Counted from the first letter of the stretch, positions 1 through 13,043 are shown. The stretch is DNA of 64,000 nt from Octopus sinensis (GCF_006345805.1 NC_043008.1:55180001-55244000); one strand, 5' to 3'. The notes: generated from the letters alone by a model not told the origin. Numbers and translations: made by a program.

Positions 1-375
1 AGCCGTTGTCTTTAACATCTAAGATAATTTTTCAGTCTACGTAGAGTGTGTGTGTGTGTGTGTGTTTGTGTGTGTATGTGTGTGTTTGTGTGTGTACGTG
101 TGTATTTATGTCTGTCTCTCGTTTCTTTGTTTGCATTCCCGTGAAGCAGCAGTTTCTCAGAAAAAGTAGCCTGATAGATCAAGTACTTATCACTGCTGAA
201 TTAAATCTGTCTTGATCGTATTTTGTACTAATTATATGAATTGTCATTTAAACACATGAACTATCGTTTATATTCCCCTTTGCCTCACTTTGTATATTAT
301 TTCAACACTTATTACTCTACCGATTAAACTGGATTGGCTGGAATGTTACCTGTAGAAATGTAGAAATAAATTCTT

Positions 376-513
376 AAGGTAGCGAGCTGGCAGAAACGTT
401 AGCATGCCGGGAGAAATGCTTAGCAGGATTTCGTCTGGCGTTACGTTCTGAGTTCAAATTCAGCCGAGGTCGACTTTGCCTTTCATCCTTTCGGGGCGAT
501 AAATTAAGTACCA
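376..513 (+). mobile_element. SINE family N (head GGCGGCGAGCTGGCAGAAACGTTAG..., core CCTTTCATCCTTTCGGGGTCGATAAA), 3' truncated
   Basis: Matches many copies in the window. tRNA-like A-box and B-box (GAGTTCAAAT) motifs. Confidence 0.85.
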
Positions 514-743
514 TGACACAACAAAATATGCTTCAGTACATGAATTCACATAAAGAATCTTGCAAACCAAATACAAAAACAAAATATATATGTGTGTGTG
601 TATGTGTGTGTGTGTGTATATATATGTGTGTGTGTGTATATATATATATACATATATATATACACACACACACAAAATGACAAAGTAACTCAAAAGCCAA
701 GATTTTCATGCATGGGATTTCAGGCTTTGTGCCTATAGTTGAA

Positions 744-768
744 TGGATTATTATTATCATTATTATTA

Positions 769-822
<54 letters not shown>
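744..822. repeat. (ATT)n microsatellite, probable SINE tail
   Basis: Direct inspection. Preceded by the SINE-N 3' motif tttcaggctttgtgcctatag. Confidence 0.9.
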
Positions 823-866
823 TCTATGGTATTATATGTAATGACCATCATTTTTTTCTTTTGCAG

Positions 867-916
867 AAATAAACTTAGAAAAATCAAATATGAAAGAAAA
901 ATATTACAAAGACAGA
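867..916 (+). CDS. Host gene exon A (coiled-coil protein), phase 2 to 0: INLEKSNMKEKYYKDR
   Basis: Polypyrimidine tract tttttttcttttgcAG before 867 and GTAAGT at 917. Open in the frame that joins exon B. Upstream exon is not identified and probably lies outside the window. Confidence 0.72.
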
Positions 917-1034
917 GTAAGTTAAATTTTTATTACTTTAAATTTTTTTGTTTTAGATATTTGTGTTTCATTTACTTTTATCAGATTTTTGAATAAACTC
1001 ATTTTCTTCCATTTATTTTTAATCTTCATTTTCC

Positions 1035-1610
1035 ATCAACAATTTTAACAAGTCAGCCAGTAATATACTCTTCATTGTTTGCAACCTCTTGTCAACATTC
1101 TGCTAGTTTCTCCAAAAAATTCAAAAGAATTCTTTGACTTATGATCTCAGCTCTGTGTTGTTGAATGAAATGCTTCACAGACTGTTGGAGAACAACTGAA
1201 AAGATGGCATTCTGAAAGTGCTATATCAGGAGAATATGCTAGGCATGGTAGAACTTTCCAGTCAAGCTTTTGAATAGCATTTTTGGTCAATTTAGCAATG
1301 TGAAGGTGAGTGTCATTTTGATGAAGAATCACATCGTCCCTGTGTTGGGGTTTTGGACTTTACCCATTGAATGAAGGTGATGGGCAATCGTAAAAGGAGA
1401 GCATCTCTTTTACTAGCTCAGTTCCCTTGTGGATAGGCACAGATCATCTTTGATGAGCTTTTTTAACTGAACAGATTGGCTGGAACAGAGAGATTCTGTT
1501 TGGTTGACTTTCCTCCTCTTTGAAGCACAAAAACCATTTCTGTGCAATTCTTTCAGTAATAGCACCTTTTCCATATACTGCACAAATGTCTCTGGCAACT
1601 TTGGCAGCTT
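1035..1610 (-). mobile_element. Degraded mariner (Tc1/mariner DD34D) transposase fragment
   Basis: ILHQNDTHLHIAK and LAYSPDIALSECHLF correspond to mariner HDNARPH and YSPDLAPSDYHLF. C-terminus EKLAEC*QEVANNEEYI and N-terminal remnant LKKLIKDDLCLSTREL are present. Confidence 0.85.
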
Positions 1611-1892
1611 TGGAATCTTGATTTAAAATAAAGTGAAGATCATGTCAAAAATACTGGGGTTTTTTTGCTTGTTTTTTTTTTTTTGTTCTTTGTAGAGGAA
1701 GAATAGAACAACAAAAAAAAACCCATAAAACACTGTTGATAAAAATATTTTTTGTGTTAATTCAAATTACATTGGAAGGAAACAGACAAATTTATCTGTC
1801 AACCCAATGTATTGTTATTGTTTAGCCCTAGTTTTACCCTAATTGAGCACCACAGTGATCAATGATTTTTAGCTGCAACCATCCCATTTTCT

Positions 1893-2122
1893 TTTTAAAT
1901 CTTCTTGTTTAAACCATTGGCATTCAGGTTGTTTTGTCAACTATAATACTTATTTAAGTCACATTGTTTGAATCAATCATGCCATTATCTTCATAGCTTT
2001 GAGATTGCTTATCTTTAGAATGGCATTGTAGGGCAAGTGTAAGAGGACAGATCTGACTGTTCTGAACATAAAACTGGTAGAATATTTTGGCTGGATACGG
2101 CCTATTTAATTGCTAAAGGTTT
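1893..2122. mobile_element. TTAA-flanked MITE family 2, degraded
   Basis: Homologous to 14128-14363, 49316-49540 and 58915-59104. Ends tgctaaaggtttaa. Confidence 0.6.
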
Positions 2123-3347
2123 AATACACTTCCATAAGGTCCAGTGTGCTGCAGTGCGATGAATAATTATGTAGTTACAAACATGTACCTAAAACACGTG
2201 CGCAAGACAGCTACATCTTTATCCAATATGGATTCGAACTAAGTGCGCAAGTGTGTAATATATATATATAGGCCAGCAGTAAATAAATAAATTGAAAACT
2301 GTGTTTTATACAGCCTCTGAATTATAAATATTACTATCGTATATATGAGGGCAATAAATTAAAATAATTTATTACCAGTGGTTAGCATGCATAAATAAAA
2401 GTGTATGTATATATATATAATGTATGTATATATGTGTGTGTGTATATATATATATGTATATATAATTGAGGTTCAGATGAATTAGGTACTTAAGTTGAAG
2501 CACCAGATCTGTGCGGTATTATCCGTACAACTCCTAGTAAGGATATCAAGAGGTGATGCAGTACGACTGTTTCAAGCAGCTCTATCTAATTGAACAATGC
2601 AATCATTACATCAATTTAAATGCAGGGCTATCGTCAGCTGCATAAATAAATAAATAGAATTTTTAATCAGTTGGACACATAGGTGAGTGTTTCTCTTGGA
2701 GTGACACTGATCAAGGTCAAATAAGGAGTGGACAAATTGCCATGTTTGAAAAGAAAGATGGTTATAATCTTTTAAACTCTCTCTCTTTTCTATGTTGAGT
2801 TGTGAGAGAGGTCATGGAAGGAGAGTGGATCACTTACAGTGTCACTGTCTTCAGAAAATGGAGAAGGGTTGGTCGAATGAGGGAGACTAGCTATTTCTTC
2901 TAGTAGAAATCCTGATACGCTACTTAACCCATTAACTGCCAAATTTTTATTCATATTTTTTTGGCTTTGCCAGGTGTCTTAGAAGTTAAAATAATATATA
3001 GTATTTAAATTTTCTTCATATGTGGACTATTTTGGAAATTATGATAAATTTCTCAAAAAGTCCCAAATGGGGGTGGAAAAAAGCATATTTATTCTTTTCT
3101 CTTCAATTGCAATAATAAACATTTTAGTTTTTTTGAAACTATAATAACAAATGTGAAGGTGTATGAAATATCAATGAATGATAAAAATAGGAAATGCGAA
3201 AAGAAAACGTTTTCAAAACAGTCAATATTTTTGTAGTTCAAAAATTGCAATTTATGACATAAAATGTCCTCTAGGATTAACCAAAGCTAATAATGACAAA
3301 CTTTAACTACTAAACATTGTTAAACACACATAAGCAATTCACTTTAA

Positions 3348-3538
3348 CCCTTTTGTTACTGTATTTATTTTGAGATGCTCTGTGTTTCTTTCAATTATTT
3401 TAAATATAACAAAGAATTTACTAAAATAACTTAGTTATCATTCAACTAGTGTTAAAATTTGTTGGAAGATTTCAATTCAAAACTTACGAAAACGAGACAT
3501 TTATGCTCAGAGCCAGAGCCGGGTTGGTTACGAAAGGG
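3348..3538. mobile_element. piggyBac-type MITE family 1
   Basis: TTAA at 3344-3347 and 3539-3542, ends CCCTTT...AAAGGG, homologous to 18292-18502 and 37360-37580. Confidence 0.8.
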
Positions 3539-3712
3539 TTAAATACAACAAACAACCACCAGTAAGACTGTTTTAGCAGATCCCCAAATTGGGTTCATGG
3601 TAGCGATTGGTTAAACTGACCAAAGACAGACCAATGTGCAGTACAGTATGAAACAAATGAAGAACATGCTGCATCTGATGAGATATATGGTGTAGTTTTT
3701 ATCCAAAACACA

Positions 3713-4210
3713 TCATCATCATCATCGTTTAACGTCCGCTTTCCATGCTAGCATGGGTTGGATGATTTTGACTGAGGGCTGGCAAGCCAGATGGCTGCAC
3801 CAGGTTCCAATCTTGATCTGCCAGAGTTTCTACAGCTGGATGCCCTTCCTAACGCCAACCACTCCAAGAGTGTAGTGGGTGCTTTTTACATGTCACCGAC
3901 ACGGGGTCAGTCAGGCGGCACTGGCAATGACCTCGCTTGAATCTTTTTACACATGCCACCGGCACAAGTGCCAGTGAAGCGACGTTGGTAACGATCATGC
4001 TCGAATGGTGCCCTTTTACATGCCACGGGTATGGAAGCCAGTTGGCTGCTTTGGCAACGATCACGCTCGGATGGTGCTCTTGGCACCCTACTAGCACAGG
4101 CATAAGTGCCAGTAAGGCGACGCTGGTAATGATCATACTCGAATAGCCACTCTGTCAACAATCACACTCGTATGGTGCTCTTTGTACCCCGCTAGCACGA
4201 ATGCCAGTCA
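3713..4210 (-). mobile_element. SINE family M (core GGTTGGCGTTAGGAAGGGCATCCAGC, tail GGACGTTAAAC(GAT)n)
   Basis: Same family as 35372-35739, 41570-41963 and 47801-48148. Internal tandem GTGCCAC/GGCAC repeats. The resemblance of the core to the MetaSINE domain is from recall and unverified. Confidence 0.8.
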
Positions 4211-4427
4211 TCTCAAAAAAAATTACACCAGATCCTCTATGTGAAGGTAGGGGCCTCTTTATAAGCTTTGTTACACTACAAACTCTTTTTCCTAAATACA
4301 CACTATTGAAATCAGGATGTACCTAATATGCTTGTGCATCTTTTATGCAATTGAATACAGTACATTTCTTCATGACCTCATGATACTTGGATTCTGAATT
4401 GTCTTCTCTTTAAATTATGTGTTTCAG

Positions 4428-4481
4428 CAAGAACTAGCTGCAAGATTTTCAGAAGCTGAACAAAAGCATAAAATGTTACAA
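4428..4481 (+). CDS. Host gene exon B, phase 0 to 0: QELAARFSEAEQKHKMLQ
   Basis: gtgtttcAG acceptor, GTATGT donor, 54 nt open frame, coiled-coil composition, phase-compatible with exons A and C. Confidence 0.75.
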
Positions 4482-5169
4482 GTATGTAGTTTTCTTTTAA
4501 TTCTTTGTATTAAAAAAACTTTTTTATTTTATTGATATCTCTGTATTACATCTATTTTCCTGTTCTTGTATGGGTGGTCAGAGAGCTTATTTTTGTTTTT
4601 CTCTTTCTTGGAATTTTTTATGGTGTTGCATAATTTTCTATTTACCATTTTTAGTGACATGTATGACGTTTTTTTACCCACTTTTAGAAAAGAAATTACC
4701 TTTGTTCCCATTTGCAGAGTTGGCCCTACATTGCATGCTTTAAGAACTTTTCTTCCTGAATATGTGCTGTGCTGCTGAAATTGGGATTCAGCTGATAGGC
4801 TCGTGCATTTATTTATGCCATCAAATATGGAAATATGCCTAACCATTTTTCTGCTACTTTAGTCATATTACTGGAGAAGTGCTTGAAACATTTCAGTGGG
4901 TAGACTTATTCTCTCTAAAGTTCACTTTAGAAAAAAAATATCTCATAACACTTTTGTTGGCGGTGGTGGTGGTGGTGGTGGAGGCAGTGGTGGTGGCAGT
5001 AGCGGCATTGTTGGTGGTGTTGGTAGCAGTGATGGTGTTGCTGCTGCTATTGTTGTTGTTGTTGTTCCAGATCAACCTTTTGATCTTGCAGGACAATGGA
5101 ACATAGGCAATTGCTAAAATGATAAGGTGCAGTCCTCAAGATCTGTAATTCTGCAAAGAATTTGCCTTT

Positions 5170-5208
<39 letters not shown>

Positions 5209-5939
5209 TTCAAAAAAAGAAAAGAAAAAGTGGTGGCGTTCTTTACACTAGAAAACTCAGTCCAGAATAACACTTGGTTTGTTATATAAACAAAAGCCAA
5301 AACAAAAAGTTCCATAATGGAACACTGGTAGTAACAGGAAGAAATAAGCTTCATTCTGAATCCTGAACTAAATGTTTGAAGTTGTTCATCGCAGCTATTG
5401 ATGATGTAAAACCTTTGGGCTAATGTAGTAGAATAGTTCTAGTGAACATCCCATGTGTTGTCTCTTTGTAATCAGGCAGAACCTCACCAGTGTAAAAGAT
5501 AATATTGCTTGTGATGAAACACATTTAAATTCATTAATTATCTGCCTGAGTGTTTTTATTTTATCATTTGGTATTCCTTTTTAGTTTTCATTAGCATGGA
5601 GCAGGGATTATCTTCTTGCATTATAATTAAGTTGTCCTTGACAGTAACTCATCTTCTATGTTATCTGCAAGGCATAGGTGATACAGATAATTCAACAAAA
5701 CTGACAAAAAATATTTAATTAATTTGCTTCTTTATAATAATAATAATAATAATAATAATGCAATTTAGGATAATTAGTTTGCTGTGGATGGCATTCACGT
5801 CCATGATATGATTAGAACTTTTTTCAATGAAATTATTTAAAAAGGAAACTATTTGCTCTTTTTTCTTATATTTAGTTTTATATATTCTTCTCAGTCATTC
5901 CTACAAAGTTTTGGATATGTATATATATATATATGTGCT

Positions 5940-6331
5940 GGCATGGCTGTGTGGTAAGAAGTTTGCTTCTTAACTGCATGGTTCCAAGTTCGATCCCCCT
6001 GTGTGGTACCTTAGGGAAGCATCTTCTACTATAGCCCCAGGCCAACCAAATTCATGATTGGATTTGGCAAGCAGAAACTGAAAGAAACTCATTGTTCATG
6101 TGTGTTGGGGGTTGTTTGTGTTTGTGTCTATAATTGTCCCCTACCACTACTTGACAACTGGTGTTTGGTTTGTTTCCATCCCTGTATCTTAACAATTCCG
6201 CATAAGAGGACGATAGCATAAATAACAGGCTTTAAAAAATAAGTTCTAATCTCAATTCATTCGACTAAAAATTCTTCAAAACAGTGCCCCAGCATGGCCA
6301 CAGTCTAATGACTGAAACAAGTAAAATAAAA
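5940..6331 (+). mobile_element. SINE family A (tRNA head GGAGTGGCTGTGTGG...GGTTCAGTCCC, internal TA/TG repeat, tail ATGACTGAAACAAGTAAAAG), diverged
   Basis: Aligns by eye with the young copies at 28948 and 48658. Confidence 0.8.
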
Positions 6332-6679
6332 TATATTATTTTCATGTAATTCTCACAGTCCTTGTGCTTGATTCTTCATATTATATTCTTTGATGATAAT
6401 CATCATTAATAATCCTATATACTAAGCAAAAACCCCTGTTGTCATCTTTGTCCATTATGCAATTTGGGTTTTGCTGCACATTCTGTTGGTGACCCTTTGA
6501 CCCTGTACAAATTTCTAAGGTAATCTGTACCTCTCCTGTAGTTGTATATACATGTATATGGTTGGTATACTTCTAGACAACTTAACTGCAATGTATAAAT
6601 ATCAAAAAATAGTATCCATTTCCTCACAGATTGCAGATTTAATTTACAAGCCTCTGGGTTATGGACTCAGCATGCTTCT

Positions 6680-6912
6680 TATTTCTTTATTGCCCACAAG
6701 GGGCTAAACATAAAGGGGACAAACAAGGACAGACAAGGAGCTTAAATCGATTACATTGACCCCAGTGCGTAACTGGTATTTAATTTATCGACCCTGAAAG
6801 GATGAAAGGCAAAGATGACCTCGGCGGAATTTGAACTCAGGACGTAAAGACAGACGAAATACTTCTAAGCGTTTTGCCCGGCATGCTAACATTTCTGCCA
6901 GCTTGCCACCTT
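6680..6912 (-). mobile_element. SINE family N, full length
   Basis: Reverse complement of 59465-59706. Confidence 0.85.
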
Positions 6913-7553
6913 GCTTCTACTATGTCACTCAATCTGGACAAGGGATTAAGCAAATATACAATGTGTTATTTCTTTTAGTGTCTGTTCTGAGTTACATTAT
7001 TTCTATCACGTCATCAATCATATGCTATTAATTTATTATTACTTATTTATTTATTTCTACGTAATCAGTCCAATAGGTCATAGATACTCAGCCTTCAAGG
7101 ATCAATTAATTATATTGGCTGATAGAATAAATACTGGATTGTGTCAAACATACAAAATATAACTCTGTAATATATGCAACAGCACTGAGATGTTAATTTA
7201 TTTACTGCAAGGTGACATTTCATTCAGTTGACACTCCATCAATTACATTTAATAAACCTCATTCTTAGATCTATGCTTTGTGAGTAGATTTAGGAGATGG
7301 AAACTGTATGGCAGCCCTTATGTTTGTGTGTGTGTGTGTGTGCATGCCTTTGTGTTTGTCCCACATCACTGTTTGGCAACTGATGTCGGTTTGTTTACAT
7401 CCCATTAACTTAGCAGCTTGTCAAAAGAAACTAACATAATATGTACCTATGACTGAAACATAAAGGAATAAGAAATAAAAGATTTCACTATGCAGCCATT
7501 TCTATTTTCGTAACTATAATCTCATAAATTGATCTGGTTTTTTGCCACTTCAG

Positions 7554-7704
7554 ACTCAACATCAAGATTTAGAGAATGAGTACAATAGACTACAACAAAA
7601 ATATGAAAAATTCTCTGAAGACAACAGACAAAAAGATATGAACAGAAATCAGGAATATATGCAGTTAAAGCAAGAAAAAGAAATGGAGATTGTTAAACTC
7701 AAAG
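7554..7704 (+). CDS. Host gene exon C, phase 0 to 1: TQHQDLENEYNRLQQKYEKFSEDNRQKDMNRNQEYMQLKQEKEMEIVKLK
   Basis: ttttttgccacttcAG acceptor, AAG|GTATGC donor, heptad-like E/K/Q-rich ORF (within track ORF 7542-7802). Confidence 0.85.
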
Positions 7705-8124
7705 GTATGCTATGTCTAATTTTGTTATGGCTTTTATTGTTCTGTAGCTTTCAGAGCAGAACCAAGGATTATCATAATACCCATTCTCTGTGTGGTCGCT
7801 AACCAAAAGTTACACTTTTTTTCATTGTTAAATGTTTAACCCCTTGACAACAATTGATGCAAATATGCAATCACACTTTTACTTGCCTACCCGCGGTTAA
7901 CGTAAATATATGATGAAGAGCTGCCCTACATCTATCACTGATATATATTTACGTTCGCTATCGTGTACTTTATTTCTTGAGGTGTGCGCGCTCACTGTCC
8001 CATGCATTATCTTAGCTATTTTAGGTTACGTTCAAGTCATGAGACTAGCAGTCGACCAATCGACATGCGGATACTTTACATGCATAATACCGTGTTTTGA
8101 GTTGTACCACACGCAAGCTATTTT

Positions 8125-8275
8125 TTAGCTGAAAGCAGTTTTTGCACAAACTTTGCAGACATGCGTCTCATACCCAAATCTTCAGTGATAATTGACTGAA
8201 CTGAACCATAACTAATCTGCATATCCTCTGGTAACTCATGGATGGTGATTCAACAATTTCCCTTCACAGCTGCAC
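8125..8275 (-). mobile_element. Mariner coding fragment, antisense homolog of ~9950-10105
   Basis: Reverse complement aligns to the HTH-coding region of the element at 9561-10437. Confidence 0.8.
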
Positions 8276-8583
8276 AAGAATAACTCATGCATATCATATT
8301 ATGATAAATAGCTTCACAGAGTTCGTTTTCATAAACCAGTAGACATAAATGTACGACGCTATGTTATTGTAACAGTGAACGTAAATAGATGCAAGCTCGT
8401 TGGCACTTGTGTGTTTGTGTGGCCTTATTAGATAAAAAACCCAGAGCAGTGTCTTGTATGCTTTGGGTAATACCAGTGTCAAGGAGTTAACAATAGAAAA
8501 GACATCCAGCTGTAAGAAAATTTTTATGCAGATGTACTATGTGGTTAAGAAGCTCACTTTGCTTCAATGTGGTTTCTGGGGAA

Positions 8584-8584
<1 letters not shown>

Positions 8585-8618
<34 letters not shown>

Positions 8619-8746
8619 TTCTCTCTCTCTCTTTCTCACTCTCTCTCTTTCTCTCTCTCTCTTTCTCACTCTCTCTCTTTCTCTCTCTCGTCTCTTTCTC
8701 TCTCTCTCTCTCTCTCACTCTCCTCTCTCTCTCTCTCTCTCTCTCC
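8585..8746. repeat. (CT)n microsatellite with periodic interruptions
   Basis: Direct inspection. Confidence 0.95.
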
Positions 8747-9289
8747 ATTTGTTTGTTTGTCATTAATGAGATAGGAAACAATTTTTACTGTAGATTAATC
8801 TATTATAGCCAACATTCTCAGAGGGTTTAGTTGATATCTGTTTTCGACAGTCAGAAGTTTAATGCCATTAAGTATATTATCCTAGTACACTGCAAAACAC
8901 TTGTAGAACAAGTGAACACTTTACAAAAAGGAAGCAGCAGTCAGGTAGAGAGAGTTTCATTTTGGTCAGTAAATGTGTCACTAGTTTTAAGTTATTTTTG
9001 GTTTTATTATATTTTATTACATTTGCTTTGACCATGTAAAGATAGTCTAGTAACTAAAAATTTAGTAATTGGGTGTGTCAGCTTTCTTGTAATAGAGTTT
9101 TTAAGGGGAGTGCATGAAAGACTTTAAAGCACGCAATGTTTACACTGTCAAAGCAAAGGATCAAATCCAGAAAAACTAAAAGTAGCTAAAACTAGTGACT
9201 TGAGTCACTCTTTTGTTTCTACTAAACATTAATAAAACTATACATATACTTATTTTGAGTTATAATTTTCCTGTTTGCATCTCCATACT

Positions 9290-9334
9290 CTATGTGTGTA
9301 TATATATAATATATATATATGTATACATATATAT

Positions 9335-9387
<53 letters not shown>

Positions 9388-9512
9388 GTATACATATATA
9401 TTATACATATATATATATATATATATATGTAACATATATATGTATACATATATATGTATGTGTATATATATATATATATATTATATATATGTTTGCATCA
9501 CACCATACTGTA

Positions 9513-9560
<48 letters not shown>
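9290..9560. repeat. (TA)n/(TG)n compound microsatellite
   Basis: Direct inspection. Confidence 0.95.
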
Positions 9561-9565
<5 letters not shown>

Positions 9566-10437
9566 TCTGATCAATAAGTATCCAGACTGTTGCTATAGTA
9601 GCAAAGCTAAAGCATGCAGAGTGAAGCCACTTGGCACAGATTGACCTTGAACTCTGCTGTGCATGCACACTAGGCTTTAACGTTCTCTCTTCTGCTGTTT
9701 ACAAAAGTGCTTGGAAGGAAGGTGTGTAGTGTGTGATCATTGCATTGACCATGACAGAGAAAGTTGTCATGGCAATACTTGCTCAGAGGCCTATGCAAAG
9801 TTGCAGAAAGTGTATGGAGAAGAGTGTATGAGCCACACCCAAGTGTACGGGTGGTTCAGATGTTTCCTAGATGGCTGAAAACATGTCAATATTAATGAAT
9901 GTTCTGGGAGACTTGCAACTTGCAGAACAGAGAAAAACATTGCAGATGTACATGCAGCTGTGAAGGGAAATTGTCGAATCACCATCCATGAGTTATCAGA
10001 GGATGTGCAGATTAGTTATGGTTCAGTTCACTCCATTATCACTGAAGATTTGGGTATTAACGCGTGTCTGCAAAGTTTGTGCAAAAACTGCTTTCAGCTA
10101 ACCAAAAAGTCACTCACAAGATCTCCTTGATTGTGTTAAGAACAATGAAAACCTTTTGAAAACTTTGTGTAGGCCTCTGAACAGGTATCACAAAGCTTTT
10201 GGCAAAATTTGATGCAGATTCTCTGCTCTACTTCCTGTGTCCTGGTCAATGCAATGATCATACGCTACACACCTTCCTTCCAAGCACTACTGTAAATAAC
10301 AGAAGTGAGCTAGAACATTAAAATTTAACGCATGTGCACAGCAGAGGTCAAGGTCAATCTGTGACAAGCAGCTTTACTCTGTGTGTTTTAGCTTCGTTTC
10401 TATGGCAACAGTCTGAATACTTATTGATCAGACCACA
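9561..10437. mobile_element. Mariner derivative made of two inverted left (5') ends
   Basis: Both ends read ...TCTGATCAATAAGTAT.CAGACTG. The left part encodes the transposase N-terminus (ATG ~9752, AKLQKVYGEE, ISYGSVHSIITEDLG, LLDCVKNNENLLKT). The right arm, 10160-10437, is an inverted copy of TIR, 5'UTR and ORF start. Confidence 0.85.
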
Positions 10438-11280
10438 CACACATATATATTATATGTATGTGTGCATGTTTGTCCTTGCCCCCATTGTTTGACAACTGGT
10501 GTTTGTTTGTTTGTTTACATCCCCATAGAATAAGTACCAGGCCGAGAAAGTAAATACAGTGGTCCATTTGTCTTACTAAAGACTCTTCACGGCATTTCAC
10601 CAACATGGCTGCACTCCAATGACTGAAACAAGTAAATGATTGTATACATACACACACACAAGGTGCCTCTGTAAAATGCACCCTGTGATCGATATAAAGT
10701 AGTGATAATGTGATAATGTGTGGGAGGAAGGACTCCTTGGTCTTACTGATAGTAAAGCAACCTCTCAAGTGCTGGTGCCATAATATAATTTACACAGTAC
10801 ACTTTTGTAAAGTGACTGGTGTTAAGAAAAGGTGTCTGGCCATAGAAGCTATGCCAAAAATTGAACATACAAGTAAGATGTGATCCCTGGCCCATTTAAT
10901 AACACTGAATAAGGACTAACTCTGACTGTACTGACCAATTCATGCCACGCCACCATGGAAAAATGACCATAAAGTAATGATGATGGTAGTGGTGGTGATA
11001 CTTGGAAATAAGTGAGCATTTAGTGTTATAAATAATGTTTAAACTTTGCCTCAAGTGTAAGCTCTCTGTGTGTGATGTTGGTGTTGTTACTTATAAAGCA
11101 TTGTATTTTTGGATTCTCTGCTCATCATACTATTTGGTGAAGACAGCTTATCTCAGACACTGGTTATCTTAAAATTAAGTGGCATTAGATGTGTGTAAGT
11201 ATGTCCATTATGCAGACAGACACACACGTGTGTGTGTGTATACATATGTAAAATATTTAACAAGTTTTTCTTCTTTGCAG

Positions 11281-11363
11281 ATGAGAATGCTAACATTGTG
11301 CGAGAGTACAAACAATTGAAATCGGAGTTAGATGAATTGAAGAAGCAAGTTGAACTACAACAG
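11281..11363 (+). CDS. Host gene exon D, phase 1 to 0: (D)ENANIVREYKQLKSELDELKKQVELQQ
   Basis: tttttcttctttgcAG acceptor, CAG|GTTAGT donor. The G left from exon C plus AT completes Asp. Confidence 0.85.
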
Positions 11364-11611
11364 GTTAGTGCTTGTATTTCTTTGAAAGGTGAAGTAATTT
11401 ACTGCCAATATGGGGACATCAATTCTCCTCTGTGGGTGCTTTTAACAGAATTCTCTCTCTCTGTTGCAGACATCTAGGCCACACTCTCCATCTGAGGATA
11501 AATGTCCTCCTTCCTTCCCCACTCACCAATTGTGGAATATTTGAAGAAACTCTTGGGTGTTGCTCTTTTACTCTGATTAAGTGATAAAAAAAAAATGTAC
11601 TCAACAAGGTG

Positions 11612-12222
11612 GATGCATGGCCTAGTGATTAAGAAGCTCACTTTGTTACCAAATGATTTCAGGTTCAGTCCCATTGCATTGCTATACTCCAGGCCTACCA
11701 ATACCTTGCAAGTGCATTTGGTAAAACAAAACCGAAAGAAGCCTGTTGTGTGTATATATACATGTGTGTGTGAGGGTGTATGGCCTAGTGGTTAGGGAGT
11801 GGGACTCATGATTTCAATTCCTAGACCAGGTGGTGCATTGTGTTCTTGAGCAAAACACTTCATCTCATGTTGCGCTGTGATCACTTTGACACCTGATACA
11901 GTGCACCTGTTCGGACGATGTCGATTTGATGGAAGGAGTGAACTAATGCGCAGCACGAACATTTGATCACTATAAACAAATTATTTGTGCAGGTCATATG
12001 GCAAAAGCTGAACACTCGTACATCATCTTCAACTAGAGAGTCCATGATGTGTGTATGTGTGTGTTTGTATGTCCCTATAACTTAACAGTTCAGCAGAAGT
12101 GATTGATACAATAAGTGCCAAACTTTAAAAAATTAACTCCTGAGGCCAATTTGTTCAACTAAGCCCTTCAAAACCTGTGCCTCAGCATGGTCGTGATCCA
12201 ACGATTGAAACAAGTAAAAGAT
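11612..12222 (+). mobile_element. SINE-A interrupted by a different tRNA-SINE (family D, ~11771-12046)
   Basis: SINE-A head 11612-11760 and tail 12050-12222 flank an element beginning GAGGGTGTATGGCCTAGTGGTTAG with a TGTTCTTGAGCAAAACACTT motif. A similar head occurs at ~23050-23280. Confidence 0.65.
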
Positions 12223-12362
12223 AACTTATATCGAACTATCTGTGCTGATCTGCTTAAATCTTCAGTGAAATCAAGGAAGTCAAGGAAGATTTGTGATTTA
12301 TTTGACTCCTTAACTCAAAGAAAGAAAGAAAGAACAAAAACATTGTACTAGGTGGATGTTAA

Positions 12363-12578
12363 CCCTTTTTAGACACATGGTGTTTTGGTATATGTAATCA
12401 AAAAGACACAATTTTTTTTGGCTGAGATACATCTACTGAAAGATGATTTCTGATTAGCTGTTACACTTCAAAACCAACCATTCGCAACATTTGTTCCATC
12501 GGGCTGATGGATCGGCCTTAATGTCCTTTCGGCTTGTATCACTTGGGCCAATCAATTGGCCTGGTTGACCCAAGAGGG
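12363..12578. mobile_element. TTAA-flanked CCC...GGG MITE, single copy in this window
   Basis: TTAA at 12359-12362 and 12579-12582. Short imperfect TIR CCCT(T/C)TT. Confidence 0.55.
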
Positions 12579-12640
12579 TTAATAATGACTTTGAAGAAGG
12601 AATGATTATCATGAATTATGTTGTTGTCTCATGAAGAGAG

Positions 12641-13043
12641 TACTCTTTACTCTCTTTTACTTGTTTCAGTCATTTGACTGTGGCCATACTGGAGCACCGC
12701 CTTTAATCGAGCAACTCGACCCCGGGACTTATTCTTTTGTAAGCCCAGTACTTATTCTATCGGTCTCTTTTGCCAAACCACTAAGTAACGGGGACATAAA
12801 CACACCAGCATCGGTTGTCAAGCAATGCTAGAGGGGCAAACACAGACACACAAACACACACATGCATATATATATACATATATACGATGGGCTTCTTTTC
12901 AGTTTCCATCTACCAGATCCACTCACACGGCTTTGGTCAGCCCGAGGCTATAGCAGAAGACACTTGCCCAAGGTGCCACGCAGTGGGACTGAACCCGGAA
13001 CCATGTGGTTGGTAAACAAGCTACTTACCACACAGTCACTCCT
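12641..13043 (-). mobile_element. SINE-A, young full-length copy
   Basis: Reverse complement of the consensus seen at 28948 and 48658. Confidence 0.92.

Noticed and set aside
4879-5117. Gly-rich, Val-rich and Thr-rich ORFs
   Set aside because: Translation of a (GGT/TGT)n microsatellite, with no splice or homology support.
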